NCBI GenBank assembly: GCA_963830365.1
Contig: CAWHMU010000042.1
Span: 96,001-160,000, forward strand
Length of the DNA: 64,000 nt
Source of the DNA: an uncultured Chlamydiae bacterium
GTDB taxonomy: Bacteria > Chlamydiota > Chlamydiia > Chlamydiales > Parachlamydiaceae
Reading direction: 5' to 3'
In this document: positions 39,449 to 49,622 of the stretch, piece by piece
How positions within the stretch are numbered: position 1 is the first letter of the stretch
How the letters are laid out: every line of letters begins with the position of its first letter
Notes under the pieces: generated by a model
The model's database searches: none
Told to the model about the DNA's origin: nothing
The model's input: the letters and a program-made list of their open reading frames with translations, nothing else
Position numbers and translations under genes: made by a program

Positions 39449-39545
39449 GGTGTTTATCTTTTCGTGGCCGGGCACGTAATTATAGTCTGGCCTCCGGTTC
39501 GAAAAATTAAGCAGAAATAAGATTTATTTATGGAAAGGTGTTTTT

Positions 39546-41600
39546 ATGACGCAAAAGATTCTCATCACATCGGCCCTGCCATATGCCAATGGACCCCTGC
39601 ATTTCGGCCATATTGCCGGCGCCTACCTGCCGGGGGATTGTTATGCCCGTTTCCAACGGCTGCAGGGCAATGATGTGCTGTATATCTGCGGTTCGGATGA
39701 ATATGGCATCGCCATCACCTTAAGCGCCGATATGGCCGGCCGGACGCCGCAGGCGCATGTTGATATCTTCCATGCCGTTAACAAGGCGTTGTTTGACAAG
39801 CTTAATTTCTCTTTTGATCACTATTCCCGCACGACATGGAAAGGGCATGTCAAGACCACGCAGCAGTATTTCCTTGATCTGTTGGCCAACGGCTATATTG
39901 AAGAGCGCATCACCGATCAGCTGTATTCAGAGGCCGACGCCAAATTTCTGGCCGACCGCTATGTCGTCGGTACCTGCCCGCGCTGTGGTTTTGATGGGGC
40001 GCGCGGCGATGAGTGTCAAAAATGCGGCGCGAGCTATGAAGCCACAGATCTGAAAAATCCCCGCTCCAAGCTGACGGATGCACCTTTGGTGCATAAATCG
40101 ACGAAGCACTGGTTTTTGCTGTTGGATAAGTTCAAAGAGCGCCTTTCAGAGTGGCTGGCGACAAAGGATTGGAAGCCCAATGTGGTCAACTTCGTCAAGG
40201 GCTATATCAATGAGCTGCACCCGCGGGCGATCACGCGTGACATGACATGGGGGGTTCCCATTCCGCTGCCCGGCACTGAAGGCAAAGTGTTGTATGTGTG
40301 GTTTGATGCGCCCATCGGCTATATCTCGTCCACGATGGAGTGGGCAGAGCAGCAGGGCGCGCCTGAACAATGGAAAGATTATTGGTGCGATCCCAAGACA
40401 AAACTTGTAAACTTTATCGGCAAGGACAACATCCCGTTCCACGCCGTGATCTTCCCTGCCATGACGATGGGCCAAAATCAGCCGTACAAGCTGGTTGACG
40501 AGTTGCCGGCCAATGAATTTTACAATCTGGAAGGACGCCAATTCAGCAAGTCCGACGGCTGGTATATCGATCTGGATACCTTTTTTAAATCCTACACTAC
40601 CGATCAAATCCGCTATACGATTGCGGCCAATGCCCCCGAAACTTCCGATGCCGAATTCACCTGGAAGGATTTTCAGCTGCGCTGCAACACCGATCTGCTA
40701 GGCAAATTCGGCAATCTGATCAATCGCGTGCTGGTATTTGCCAAAAACAACTGCGGCGGCAGTGTGCCGTCTCGGCATGATTTGGAAGAGATCGACCGTC
40801 AATTTTTAAGCGACATAGAGAACATTGCCGCGCAGGCCAGGGGCAGCTATGAGACATTCAAAATGCGCAAAGCCAGTCAGCATATCATGGAGCTGGCCCA
40901 AGTGGGTAATGTCTATTTCGATGCCAAGCATCCTTGGCGCGATGCCAAGCAGGAGGATACAAGGGCGCGCCTGGAGACGACCATCGCCTGCTGCCTGGAA
41001 TGCCTGAAGGTACTGGCACTCGTGGCAGCGCCGATCATTCCGGCGACAGCCGCCAAGGTATGGCATATGCTCGGCTATCAGCAGCCTTTGGAGACAGACG
41101 GCTGGCAGAAGATTTTGGACACGCCGATACCTGCCGGGCAGCATCTCGGTGAGCCTGCCATCCTCTTCCAGAGGGTTGAAGATGCCCAGATCCAGCAGGA
41201 GATCGATAAGCTGCTGGCGTTATCGACGCAGCACCGCAGCGCAGCCGAAAAGAAAGAAGTCAGCTATGCCCCGCTAAAAGAGCCGGTGGAAATCGAAGAT
41301 GTGCGCCGCCTGGATTTGCGCGTCGCCACCATCCTGCAGGCGGTAGCCGTGCCGAAAAGTAAAAAACTCCTGCATCTGCAGGTCGACCTGGGATTTGAGA
41401 CGCGCTCTGTCGTGGCGGGTATCGGCCAAAACTACCGGCCCGAGGAAGTCATCGGCAAAAAAGTCATTATCGTCGCCAACCTCAAACCTGCCACCTTGAT
41501 GGGCGTGCACAGCCAGGGCATGCTGCTGGCGGCGGGCAGCGGCAGCGAGCTTGAAGTGGTCAGCATCCAGCATCTGCCAAACGGCAGTGTCGTCTCATAA
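39546..41600 (+). CDS. metG: Methionyl-tRNA synthetase with C-terminal tRNA-binding domain
   Basis: LPYANGPLHFGH, zinc knuckle, YVWFDAPIGY, FSKS and C-terminal OB domain. Confidence 0.98.
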   Translation: MTQKILITSALPYANGPLHFGHIAGAYLPGDCYARFQRLQGNDVLYICGSDEYGIAITLSADMAGRTPQAHVDIFHAVNKALFDKLNFSFDHYSRTTWKGHVKTTQQYFLDLLANGYIEERITDQLYSEADAKFLADRYVVGTCPRCGFDGARGDECQKCGASYEATDLKNPRSKLTDAPLVHKSTKHWFLLLDKFKERLSEWLATKDWKPNVVNFVKGYINELHPRAITRDMTWGVPIPLPGTEGKVLYVWFDAPIGYISSTMEWAEQQGAPEQWKDYWCDPKTKLVNFIGKDNIPFHAVIFPAMTMGQNQPYKLVDELPANEFYNLEGRQFSKSDGWYIDLDTFFKSYTTDQIRYTIAANAPETSDAEFTWKDFQLRCNTDLLGKFGNLINRVLVFAKNNCGGSVPSRHDLEEIDRQFLSDIENIAAQARGSYETFKMRKASQHIMELAQVGNVYFDAKHPWRDAKQEDTRARLETTIACCLECLKVLALVAAPIIPATAAKVWHMLGYQQPLETDGWQKILDTPIPAGQHLGEPAILFQRVEDAQIQQEIDKLLALSTQHRSAAEKKEVSYAPLKEPVEIEDVRRLDLRVATILQAVAVPKSKKLLHLQVDLGFETRSVVAGIGQNYRPEEVIGKKVIIVANLKPATLMGVHSQGMLLAAGSGSELEVVSIQHLPNGSVVS

Positions 41601-41603
41601 AGT

Positions 41604-42614
41604 TTAGCCGGGACGGGCCTGCTTCATCACAAATTTGGGTAGCAGGTGGGTGGGACGGTATTGTTCTTTGGTGAAGCGCAGACTGGGCGCATTGCCGTCA
41701 TCGCTGGCATTGCATTCTTTGTATGCGTTCCAATATTGGCGGCAGAATTCGGAAAATATCAGCGCCGAGGCGCCGTCGAACGCGGGGTGGGTCTTTTCAA
41801 TGATGATCGAGGCTTGCGTCGGCGTCAGCGCTTCGCCGAAGGTGAAGCCAACAAGCTGTTCGTCGATAAACAAGAGCATGCCTTTTAAGTCCAAAGCCTG
41901 CCAATGGGTGAGCACGATTTCACAAGCCGTCTTTTCGCGCTGGCAGCATATTTTTTCCTGCAATTCCTCCGCCCGATCTTCAGCTTTGCCTTTCTTGCTG
42001 CCGTGCCACAGGTCCAGCAGTTCAAGGCAGGCGGGGATAGCGCCGAGAGTCATGGCTGCCAGGCGGAAGGTGGGGTATTCGCGCATGAATTTGTTCTTTG
42101 CATAGCGCCGGGAGGCAAGGCCGTTGCCGGAAAGGGAAATCATTTTCTGCATGTCGTATATGTAATCGCCGCTCACATAGGCCGGTGCGGCCTCCAGTAT
42201 GTCGATGCCGCACTGCTCGATGCGTTGCATCATCTCGGTAGAGATGGTGTGGATGAGGCCTGCCAGCGGACTGCCTTGCAGGCTGTTATGCTGATACATG
42301 CGTTGGCAACAAAAAAGAAGTGCATTTCTCAGGTCGTCAGTGGTGGCATCGCCTTCAGGCAAGGGAGGCAGAATCATATGCATCAGGTCGTCTTCGCACA
42401 TGAAGATGCATAGGTGGCGGTGAATTGTCTGCCATGAGATCTTGTAGGCATCGGCATAGGGGAAGATGTTGGCAAAGGCATAGTCTGATGTCGGCTGTAA
42501 CAGGTTGGCAAGCACCTGCCTGAAGTAGCCGCGGTGCTCCAAAGTAAGGGGAGTCAAGCCGTAGGATGCCAGTAAGGCATCAAGATCAGCTGTCTCTGAT
42601 GGCGTTGGCAGCAT
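41604..42614 (-). CDS. DUF2156 / aminoacyl-phosphatidylglycerol synthase C-terminal-like protein
   Basis: SDYAFAN, DYIY...L.G, IEK....DG and LR..K..Y.P motifs. Confidence 0.75.
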   Translation of the reverse strand: MLPTPSETADLDALLASYGLTPLTLEHRGYFRQVLANLLQPTSDYAFANIFPYADAYKISWQTIHRHLCIFMCEDDLMHMILPPLPEGDATTDDLRNALLFCCQRMYQHNSLQGSPLAGLIHTISTEMMQRIEQCGIDILEAAPAYVSGDYIYDMQKMISLSGNGLASRRYAKNKFMREYPTFRLAAMTLGAIPACLELLDLWHGSKKGKAEDRAEELQEKICCQREKTACEIVLTHWQALDLKGMLLFIDEQLVGFTFGEALTPTQASIIIEKTHPAFDGASALIFSEFCRQYWNAYKECNASDDGNAPSLRFTKEQYRPTHLLPKFVMKQARPG

Positions 42615-42793
42615 ATTTTACACGATTTGATGGTCCATAATACAGCCATATTAGTGCACGACGCCTCTGTCTTTCAATAGAATAATCCTGCGAGCGTATT
42701 CGGTGTGATTAACGGATGCGTAACCTATTGTGGCTGAGTGTTCTAATGGCATCTTCTGCCGTGTCATTGTACATCACTTATAGACGGTTAATT

Positions 42794-42964
42794 CGATTCA
42801 ACGCAAAGAAACAGCCAAGCATGTAATGGAGCCAGTCAGCTTCGCTGTTGGCGCTCACATGTATCCTGTTTTGGTTGCTTCTCTGCGTCTCTGAGTATCT
42901 GTGGTGAATTTTTTTTTGCTGCTTATTCCCTTTGCGCTCTTGGCTGTTTCTTTGTGTTGAATCG
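42794..42964. repeat. CGCAAAG-type inverted repeat enclosing a degenerate CTCTGTG arm
   Basis: cgattcaacgcaaagaaacagccaag ... cttggctgtttctttgtgttgaatcg. Confidence 0.75.
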
Positions 42965-43067
42965 GATCTACGGCCTGTTATCTAGGAACAATGCGAGCTA
43001 CAGTACAGACTTGCGAATTTTTGTTTGAAAGGCTACAGTTCCCCTAACTACAAAAAGGAGATCCATC

Positions 43068-43652
43068 ATGGCCCAAATTCTCGTCATCTACGCATCAGAT
43101 TACGGCAACACCAAAAAGATGGCCGAAGCCATTGGTGGCGGTGTGCAATCCGTGCCGGGCACGCAACTTAAAATCATGACCGCCGAAGAAGTCTCCGTCG
43201 ATGATATGCTGGCAAGCGATGCCATCATCATCGGTTCGCCGGTGCATATGGGCAGTCCGGATTGGCGCATCAAAAAGATGATCGACACGGTATGCAGCGG
43301 GCTATGGATGAAGGATAAGTTGATAGGCAAGGTATGCGGCGTTTTTGTCAGCGGCGGAGGTTATGGGAGTGCCGGCGGTGGCTGCGAGCTGACCATGCTG
43401 GCATTGCTCAACAATTTTGCCGAACTTGGCTGCGTCATCGTGCCGCTGCCGAAAAATACGCCAGGATATCATCTTGGAGGTCTACAGTGGGGGCCTTATG
43501 GCCGCTCGGCCGGTATTAAGATGGAGCAGACGGGGGTTTCCAAGGAAAGCCTGGAAGCGACTTTCCATCACGGCGCCAATATCGCGCGCGTCGCTTTGGC
43601 ACTAAAGGGCAAGGACGTTTTTGCCCAGCCGGCAGCGCAGGCAAAGCCATGA
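43068..43652 (+). CDS. WrbA-like flavodoxin / NAD(P)H:quinone oxidoreductase
   Basis: Y.S.YGNT..MAEAI..G, GSPVHMG and GGG.E.T motifs. Confidence 0.9.
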   Translation: MAQILVIYASDYGNTKKMAEAIGGGVQSVPGTQLKIMTAEEVSVDDMLASDAIIIGSPVHMGSPDWRIKKMIDTVCSGLWMKDKLIGKVCGVFVSGGGYGSAGGGCELTMLALLNNFAELGCVIVPLPKNTPGYHLGGLQWGPYGRSAGIKMEQTGVSKESLEATFHHGANIARVALALKGKDVFAQPAAQAKP

Positions 43653-44773
43653 ATAAAAGATTAGTCGAGATTTTAGCTATTGTCATCGTGGTGCTGGGGG
43701 GGGTGCTGGCAATTTACCTAAAGAAAACTCCTGTCAAAGCAGTCAAATCTGCTTCTGAGATAGAGCAGGGAGCGCCTAAAGAAGTTGAAGAGGTCCCCGC
43801 CCAAACCAAGGCTAAAACATTCGAGCAGCCAAAAACAACGCCCTCTTTCGTGACGTTTTCCGTGCCTGTCGCTGTCACACATCCTTTGCAGATTGGTTTT
43901 TTAGGGGAAAGTCGCGGCGATATCGCCAATGGTGAGGCTTTTAACGAGCAGACGCTTAGGCAGATCTTTGAGGTATTCAAAAAGCGGCCGGTGGAGGCTG
44001 TCTTTTTTACCGGCAATCTCGTCGCCGGTTTGACAGATGGACAAGCGGCTGTCGATGCATCGCAGAGTGATAAGGTTTTAAAGGCGCAGCTCGAGGACTT
44101 TTCGAAGCTTTACGATGATGTGCTTGGAGCCAAGGTACCGCTGTTCCCCATCATGGGGGATCATGAAATGGCCGTCCCTCAAGGAACGGCGGTTTTTCGC
44201 GACCACTTCCATCTTGAAAATGGCGTCGCTTTTGATGACCATACCTTCGCCTATACCGTGGCCATGGGCGATGTGCTGTTTGCTGTCATCCCTTCGCACG
44301 GCGATATGGCCAGCAATGCCGTCGATCACACCTTCAGTCCGTCCATGCTGCTCTGGCTTAAGCAGGTGTTGTCGCAGGCCTCGCAAACCTACCGCTATCT
44401 TTTTGTGGTCGGGCACGAGCCGGCCTTCTCGCTGACGGCTACGTTCTTTGTCCCTCGTACCCAAGGGCATACAGAGTTCTGGAATATTCTCGTCGATAAT
44501 GGTGTGCTGGCATATTTTGCATCACATGAGCATTTCTTCGACCGTTCCAAGCGGCAGGGGGTATGGCAAGTAGTGAGCGGGGGAGGGGGGGCGCTATTTA
44601 AAGCCGGGGCGGTAAGGAAGCCTTTCTTCCATTGCCTGGTATTGACGATTCCGCAGACGGAAGACAAAGCGCCCAAAGTCCAGGTAATTGACGTGCATGG
44701 CCATGTCGGTGATGAGTTCGAGCTGACGCCAAGTCCGCCGCTGCTCTACCAACGCCATATTTCAGGGGTGTGA
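43649..44773 (+). CDS. Membrane-anchored metallophosphoesterase-fold protein
   Basis: N-terminal TM; GES, TGNLV, GDHE, GHEP, SHEH and SGGGGA motifs. Confidence 0.8.
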   Translation: MNKRLVEILAIVIVVLGGVLAIYLKKTPVKAVKSASEIEQGAPKEVEEVPAQTKAKTFEQPKTTPSFVTFSVPVAVTHPLQIGFLGESRGDIANGEAFNEQTLRQIFEVFKKRPVEAVFFTGNLVAGLTDGQAAVDASQSDKVLKAQLEDFSKLYDDVLGAKVPLFPIMGDHEMAVPQGTAVFRDHFHLENGVAFDDHTFAYTVAMGDVLFAVIPSHGDMASNAVDHTFSPSMLLWLKQVLSQASQTYRYLFVVGHEPAFSLTATFFVPRTQGHTEFWNILVDNGVLAYFASHEHFFDRSKRQGVWQVVSGGGGALFKAGAVRKPFFHCLVLTIPQTEDKAPKVQVIDVHGHVGDEFELTPSPPLLYQRHISGV

Positions 44774-44922
44774 TCTAAAGTCATGCTCGAGTCGTTTGTT
44801 TCGAGCCTGTGCCCGCATTCTATTCTTATTAAGTCAGTATAATATGGCCGCTCTAAGGAGCTCAGCAACATTATATTGACTAAAGGGAAATTAGGCATGG
44901 GCACGAATAAAGACTCATGCAC

Positions 44923-44968
44923 CTGCAGGCTCTGTGGTTGTATAAATTTACCACCACAGAGCCTGCAG
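44923..44968. repeat. CTCTGTG/CACAGAG hairpin
   Basis: ctgcaggctctgtggt ... accacagagcctgcag perfect 16-bp stem. Confidence 0.75.
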
Positions 44969-44992
44969 AGCACAAAGAAATGGCCGAAGCTG

Positions 44993-45343
44993 CTATCTGA
45001 AAAAGCTCCAGGAGAAGGATAGTCCGGCAAAGCTGAATGGACGCGGCGCCGGGGCGACATAGACTTCTTCCACATAGACAGGTTCGGCATATACCGGTGC
45101 GCCGTAAACAGGTGCGGCATAGACAGGGGCGGCATAGACTGGCGCGTAATAGTAGGTAGGGGCCGGTCTGACATGGCGCTGTACGGTATAGTTGTTGCGG
45201 CAAGGGGCTGCTGTGCCCACGCCTACATGTACATTGGTGCTACTGCCGCGTCGGCTGTGTTCACGGGCTTCTGCTGAAGGGCTTTGCACAAACAGCAGCA
45301 GGGCGGTCAATGTTAATAAAGAATAAAAGAATGTCTTCTGCAT
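44993..45343 (-). CDS. Secreted small protein with (Y)AAPV(Y) pentapeptide repeats
   Basis: Signal peptide; YAPVYAAPVYAAPVYGAPVYAEPVY. Confidence 0.7.
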   Translation of the reverse strand: MQKTFFYSLLTLTALLLFVQSPSAEAREHSRRGSSTNVHVGVGTAAPCRNNYTVQRHVRPAPTYYYAPVYAAPVYAAPVYGAPVYAEPVYVEEVYVAPAPRPFSFAGLSFSWSFFR

Positions 45344-45589
45344 GATCAATTCACCTTGGTGATAGGTTTGCATGATTTATGTGTCGCGACTTATGTGATT
45401 AATATGGATAACTAGCACGCTTTTAATTAGTTATCGCACTCATTCTAACTGATTTAAATGTTTTTTGGGAAGGAGATTGTTAAACAGAGTAATGCAAAAT
45501 AGCTTGTGATATCTTGTACTACTTGTGTAGGTAGGGTAATTTGATGGGAAAGATTTAAGGCGTTGTTCACCCAACCGGTCAATTTCTTG

Positions 45590-45653
45590 CTCCGTTCTCT
45601 CTGTGCCTCTGTGTTTGATTTTTTTGAAACACAGAGGCACAGAGACCACGGAG
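45590..45653. repeat. CTCTGTG/CACAGAG hairpin closely matching the array arms
   Basis: ctccgttctctctgtgcctctgtgttt ... aaacacagaggcacagagaccacggag. Confidence 0.85.
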
Positions 45654-45810
45654 AGGGGATAGAGAAGATAGTATCATCGTGACCGAAAGTTTTCCTATGA
45701 AGGTGAACAGGGCTAGATTTAATAATCTCAAATAGCCGCTAGCGATGGTCTTGTTGGCTATTGGTTTAATTTCGTCCATCTAAACATCCAGGATCTAGTG
45801 TCTTAAGTAA

Positions 45811-45980
45811 GCCGTGAATACGGCGGCAGCAATGACTAAAGGATAGTATATGCTATAATAAATGCATCTAATTCAGCTTCCATCGAAATTGCTGTCGCCG
45901 TATTCACGGCTCTCTTTATACTACATTTTATTCCATAGGTTGACACCTATGGCTACATGCTTCCGCCTCTATCGAGGCTA
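45811..45980. repeat. Inverted repeat plus REP-like hairpins
   Basis: gccgtgaatacggcggcagcaa ... ttgctgtcgccgtattcacggc; ccataggttgacacctatgg; gcctctatcgaggc. Confidence 0.6.
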
Positions 45981-46102
45981 ACTAGACCTTCTGTGCTAGA
46001 ATGCCGATTTGTTTCAAAGAGAACATTACATATAGATCATTAATTCTCATATTTCAACCATCAATCACAAAGGCTTTTTGACGAATTATCATGGGCAGGT
46101 GG

Positions 46103-47983
46103 TCATGTGTGCGATGAACCATCTTTATCTCGCACATAGCATGATATGGCTAAAGCAGCGGCGGCGATGACTTTTGGTGCTGCTACAGCAATTTTTTTGA
46201 TTTTATGAATTATCCAGTGATCGCCTTTTTTAATTCTGAAGGCCCCTTCGACATTGGCCTGGCCGCCAGTACCTGCTTTTGCGGGTGTATAAACGGGCTG
46301 TAGTTCAGGCTCTTTCGGAATGCTCATAATGTCTTTCCATGCATCTGTGCAAAGGTAGATGGCCGTTGCGAACCCGGCGGCGTTAGCAGCCGTTGTCCCT
46401 GTTATGGATGCGGCGGTATCGCCCATTTTATCGGCAGTCCATAAGCCTACTCCCCATAACGCGGCAACTTTTTCGGCTCCATGGCATAGGAGTGCTGCCG
46501 CTGGGACAACTACTCGGTCGACCATGATAGGTGTTACAAATTGTACTCCCGTAAATACTGTTGAAGCGGCGTATTTTTGTCCTTTGTAAATCAATAGGGG
46601 CACTTGTCTGATGATATCTCTATAGTTTTTGGGAGGATCTACCCATCCTGTCTCGGACGCCAATCCATAGGCCCATAGCGGGACGGCTTTAAAGCCTGCG
46701 ATCATTAGTTGCTTAGGGATTGGAGCCAACCTGTCGTACAAAGTCGTATCTTCTGTGGCATTGAGTGCGACGAGTCTGTCATTTACATCAGGCGCAGGAT
46801 GGAATTTTGTAGTCTTTGTCTTTTCATTAAGACTGCGCCAGGCATCTTGCAAGTTATTAATTCCAAAGATCCATTTTGTGATATCTTTTATCTTAGAGGC
46901 GGTATAAATCACCGGAGCTAATGCGGCATCTTTAGCCTTTGTCGCAAGATAACGGCCTGTGCTGGCAGCTATGGAGGTGATGGGAGCGCATTTGTTTGGC
47001 CTAGCTGTTGATGCTTCGTCAATGAGAGGAGAAGGAAGGGGGGCTGTGGCTCCATTTGTTTTAGCTGTGTGAGTGGTTAAGGCATTATCTCGGGTGATTA
47101 AGTTGTCCAACTTCACATCGGCGGCGGCAACATGGTCCCTCTTTTCTTTAGCGGCAGTGTCGCGCATGTGATGCCAGATAGTTAATGAATCATCGTTGGA
47201 TATGTTTTGATCATCTGTAATGATGACGTGATCGTCACCGGGATCGCTGGCTAATTTTGGGGCCTGTTGTTCATTCATGTCATGAAATTCATCATGGTCG
47301 TCGACTTCGTGCTTCATAGTAGTCTCAGTGAGTTTAGGTTTTGCACTTGCTGAATCTGTCTGTGCTGCGATGCTTGCCGTGGATGTGTCCGATGCCCCGG
47401 CCTTGGCGGCGGCAGGCGTGGTTGGAGGTTCTGATAGTGCATTGCTGGTGGGAGATGTTTGTGGCTGTAGAGTGATTTCGTGAATCATATCGTTTAATGG
47501 GGTGATCACATGATCGTTTAGCGAAGAAGGCGGGTTTGGCGGCAGGGTTGCTGGGGGAGACGGATATAGCAAACTCTCTAACGATGAGTGAGAGGCATGA
47601 ATTACTTGCTCTAGTGATTGAATAGGTGCTGATGTGGGGGGATTTTTTAAAAAATCCAGCGTTGTTTTCAGTTGTTTGGCTAAACTGTTTATATTGACGG
47701 CGACATAATTAATTTTATCATTACCAAATACTTTGACTTTCATAATGGCATATTTGTTTCCGGAGCCTAAGATGTTTTTTGAAATCCAGTTAATGAAGCG
47801 TTTGTCCCAACTAAGTTGAGGGGTTTCACCTTCCTGAGAGGTTTGAATGATCGTTGCCGCCACGCTAATAATCTTGGCATACTCTGCTTTGATCTCTGCG
47901 CCTTTGTCATCACAAATATCCATCCGGCCATCATGGACACGAACCATTGTTTCTTTAAATTGTTGGGATGTGATATTATTCAT
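46103..47983 (-). CDS. Large hypothetical protein (possible secreted effector)
   Basis: 626 aa; P/S/T-rich disordered middle; hydrophobic C-terminal segments. Confidence 0.7.
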   Translation of the reverse strand: MNNITSQQFKETMVRVHDGRMDICDDKGAEIKAEYAKIISVAATIIQTSQEGETPQLSWDKRFINWISKNILGSGNKYAIMKVKVFGNDKINYVAVNINSLAKQLKTTLDFLKNPPTSAPIQSLEQVIHASHSSLESLLYPSPPATLPPNPPSSLNDHVITPLNDMIHEITLQPQTSPTSNALSEPPTTPAAAKAGASDTSTASIAAQTDSASAKPKLTETTMKHEVDDHDEFHDMNEQQAPKLASDPGDDHVIITDDQNISNDDSLTIWHHMRDTAAKEKRDHVAAADVKLDNLITRDNALTTHTAKTNGATAPLPSPLIDEASTARPNKCAPITSIAASTGRYLATKAKDAALAPVIYTASKIKDITKWIFGINNLQDAWRSLNEKTKTTKFHPAPDVNDRLVALNATEDTTLYDRLAPIPKQLMIAGFKAVPLWAYGLASETGWVDPPKNYRDIIRQVPLLIYKGQKYAASTVFTGVQFVTPIMVDRVVVPAAALLCHGAEKVAALWGVGLWTADKMGDTAASITGTTAANAAGFATAIYLCTDAWKDIMSIPKEPELQPVYTPAKAGTGGQANVEGAFRIKKGDHWIIHKIKKIAVAAPKVIAAAALAISCYVRDKDGSSHT

Positions 47984-48109
47984 AAAAAAAAACCCTGGTG
48001 TGATAATAAGCTAATTGCTACTATTGTTTAATTATAACATGTTTAAAAATATAGGCAATTAATAATTGTTGTAGAAATGGTGGCTTTGTGGGATGTCACT
48101 CAGCCAAGA

Positions 48110-48193
48110 GAAAGGACCTAAACGACCTAAGCGACGAAAGGGAGGTAAAATGCAGTCGTGCTTTTGGTCTATTAGGTCCGTGAGGCCCCTTTC
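48110..48193. repeat. GGAC-type 9-nt-periodic inverted repeat, gene-less copy
   Basis: aaaggacctaaacgacctaagcgacgaaag ... cttttggtctattaggtccgtgaggcccctttc. Confidence 0.6.
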
Positions 48194-48298
48194 ATTTTTG
48201 AATTTCATCAATGCCGTAAAAGAATAATTGACAAATTCCAGAGGCGGCGCTAGCTTGGTATTTATGCTATTTTTATGAACCTTTAAGGAGAAAAAAAC

Positions 48299-48637
48299 AT
48301 GAAGCATCTACGAAAAATGACCTTAATTCTCGTCGGCACCATTGGCATGGGAGCTGCGGCTCTGCAAGCCGAAGCCACCTGCGCGCGCTGCGAAGAAATC
48401 CGCGCCGACAATGCCGTGAACCACAAAAACTATGAGTATTATGAAGACTATCTGAAAGATCAGTCGAAAGGGGGCAATGCCGCCAAAACAGGCAAGCAAA
48501 ATGGCAAACCGGCCGCAAGGTCTACTACACCGGCACAAACAAAAAATGGCAATGCCGTGAAAAACACCACCACGACGACCACTACCACTACACAAACCAA
48601 CGCAAATAAGCCTGCCAATACCAACGCGCCAAAATAA
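48299..48637 (+). CDS. Small secreted protein with CxxC and Thr-rich tail
   Basis: AGGAG RBS, signal peptide, CARC and YEYYEDYL. Confidence 0.75.
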   Translation: MKHLRKMTLILVGTIGMGAAALQAEATCARCEEIRADNAVNHKNYEYYEDYLKDQSKGGNAAKTGKQNGKPAARSTTPAQTKNGNAVKNTTTTTTTTTQTNANKPANTNAPK

Positions 48638-48656
48638 GGCATATGGTCCAAAATAT

Positions 48657-48762
48657 ATGGACAGTATGGACAAAATGGACAAGCTAGACCATAAGGAATA
48701 AGACAAGTTCTTATCCTGGTAGCTCTTGTTCGTCCATATTGTCCATATTGTCCATCTCATCC
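48657..48762. repeat. ATGGAC/GTCCAT 9-nt-periodic inverted repeat
   Basis: atggacagtatggacaaaatggac ... gtccatattgtccatattgtccat. Confidence 0.8.
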
Positions 48763-48788
48763 AGGCCTAATTTTACCCCGGTTTTATC

Positions 48789-49622
48789 ATGAAAACCTCT
48801 CAGCTTGCTGCCAAAGATCTGAAAGGCTACGCCGCCGTGGCCTTGGCCCTGGCTGAGGAAGGCGGGGCTGTGCTCAAGCATTATTGGGGCAACCTGCATG
48901 ATATCTGCGATAAAGAGCTGGCCGGCGATCTGGTGACAGAGGCCGATAAGGAATCGGAAAGGCGCATTTTGGCCCTCCTGCAGCGTGAATATCCAGACCA
49001 TTCCGCGCTGGCTGAGGAATCCGGACAGCATGCTAAGCATAAAAGCGATTTCCCCAGCGATTTCCTCTGGATCATCGATCCGCTTGACGGTACCACCAAT
49101 TACGCCCATCAATATCCTGTGGTGGCGGTGTCGGTGGCTTTAGTCTTTCGCGGACAGCCGGTGGTGGGGGTGGTGTTAAATCCGCTGCAAGGGGAGCTGT
49201 ATCAGGCCACTATCGGCTCTGGGGCCACCTTGAACGGCCAAACCATCAAGGTGTCTGCCGCCAGGAATTTAGCCAAGAGCCTGTTGGCCAGCGGCTTTGC
49301 CTATGACCGCCGGCAGACCGCCGACAACAATTACGCCGAGTTCTGCCATCTGACAAACCTCACGCAAGGGGTGCGGCGCGGCGGCTCGGCGGCTTTGGAT
49401 CTGGCTTATGTGGCGGCCGGACGCTGCGACGGTTATTGGGAGCGCGGGATTAAGGCCTGGGATATCGCTGCCGGCAGCCTTTTGGTACAGGAAGCCGGCG
49501 GCATGGTGACGGGGTACGACGGCGCGCCGCTCGACTTATATGGCGGGCGCATCTTGGCGACAAACGGTCATCTACACCCAGCGCTGAGTGCTGAACTGCT
49601 GCGCGTCAAAACTGGCGCTTAG
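48789..49622 (+). CDS. suhB: Inositol monophosphatase family protein
   Basis: WIIDPLDGTTNY, RRGGSAALDL and WDIAAG motifs. Confidence 0.93.
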   Translation: MKTSQLAAKDLKGYAAVALALAEEGGAVLKHYWGNLHDICDKELAGDLVTEADKESERRILALLQREYPDHSALAEESGQHAKHKSDFPSDFLWIIDPLDGTTNYAHQYPVVAVSVALVFRGQPVVGVVLNPLQGELYQATIGSGATLNGQTIKVSAARNLAKSLLASGFAYDRRQTADNNYAEFCHLTNLTQGVRRGGSAALDLAYVAAGRCDGYWERGIKAWDIAAGSLLVQEAGGMVTGYDGAPLDLYGGRILATNGHLHPALSAELLRVKTGA

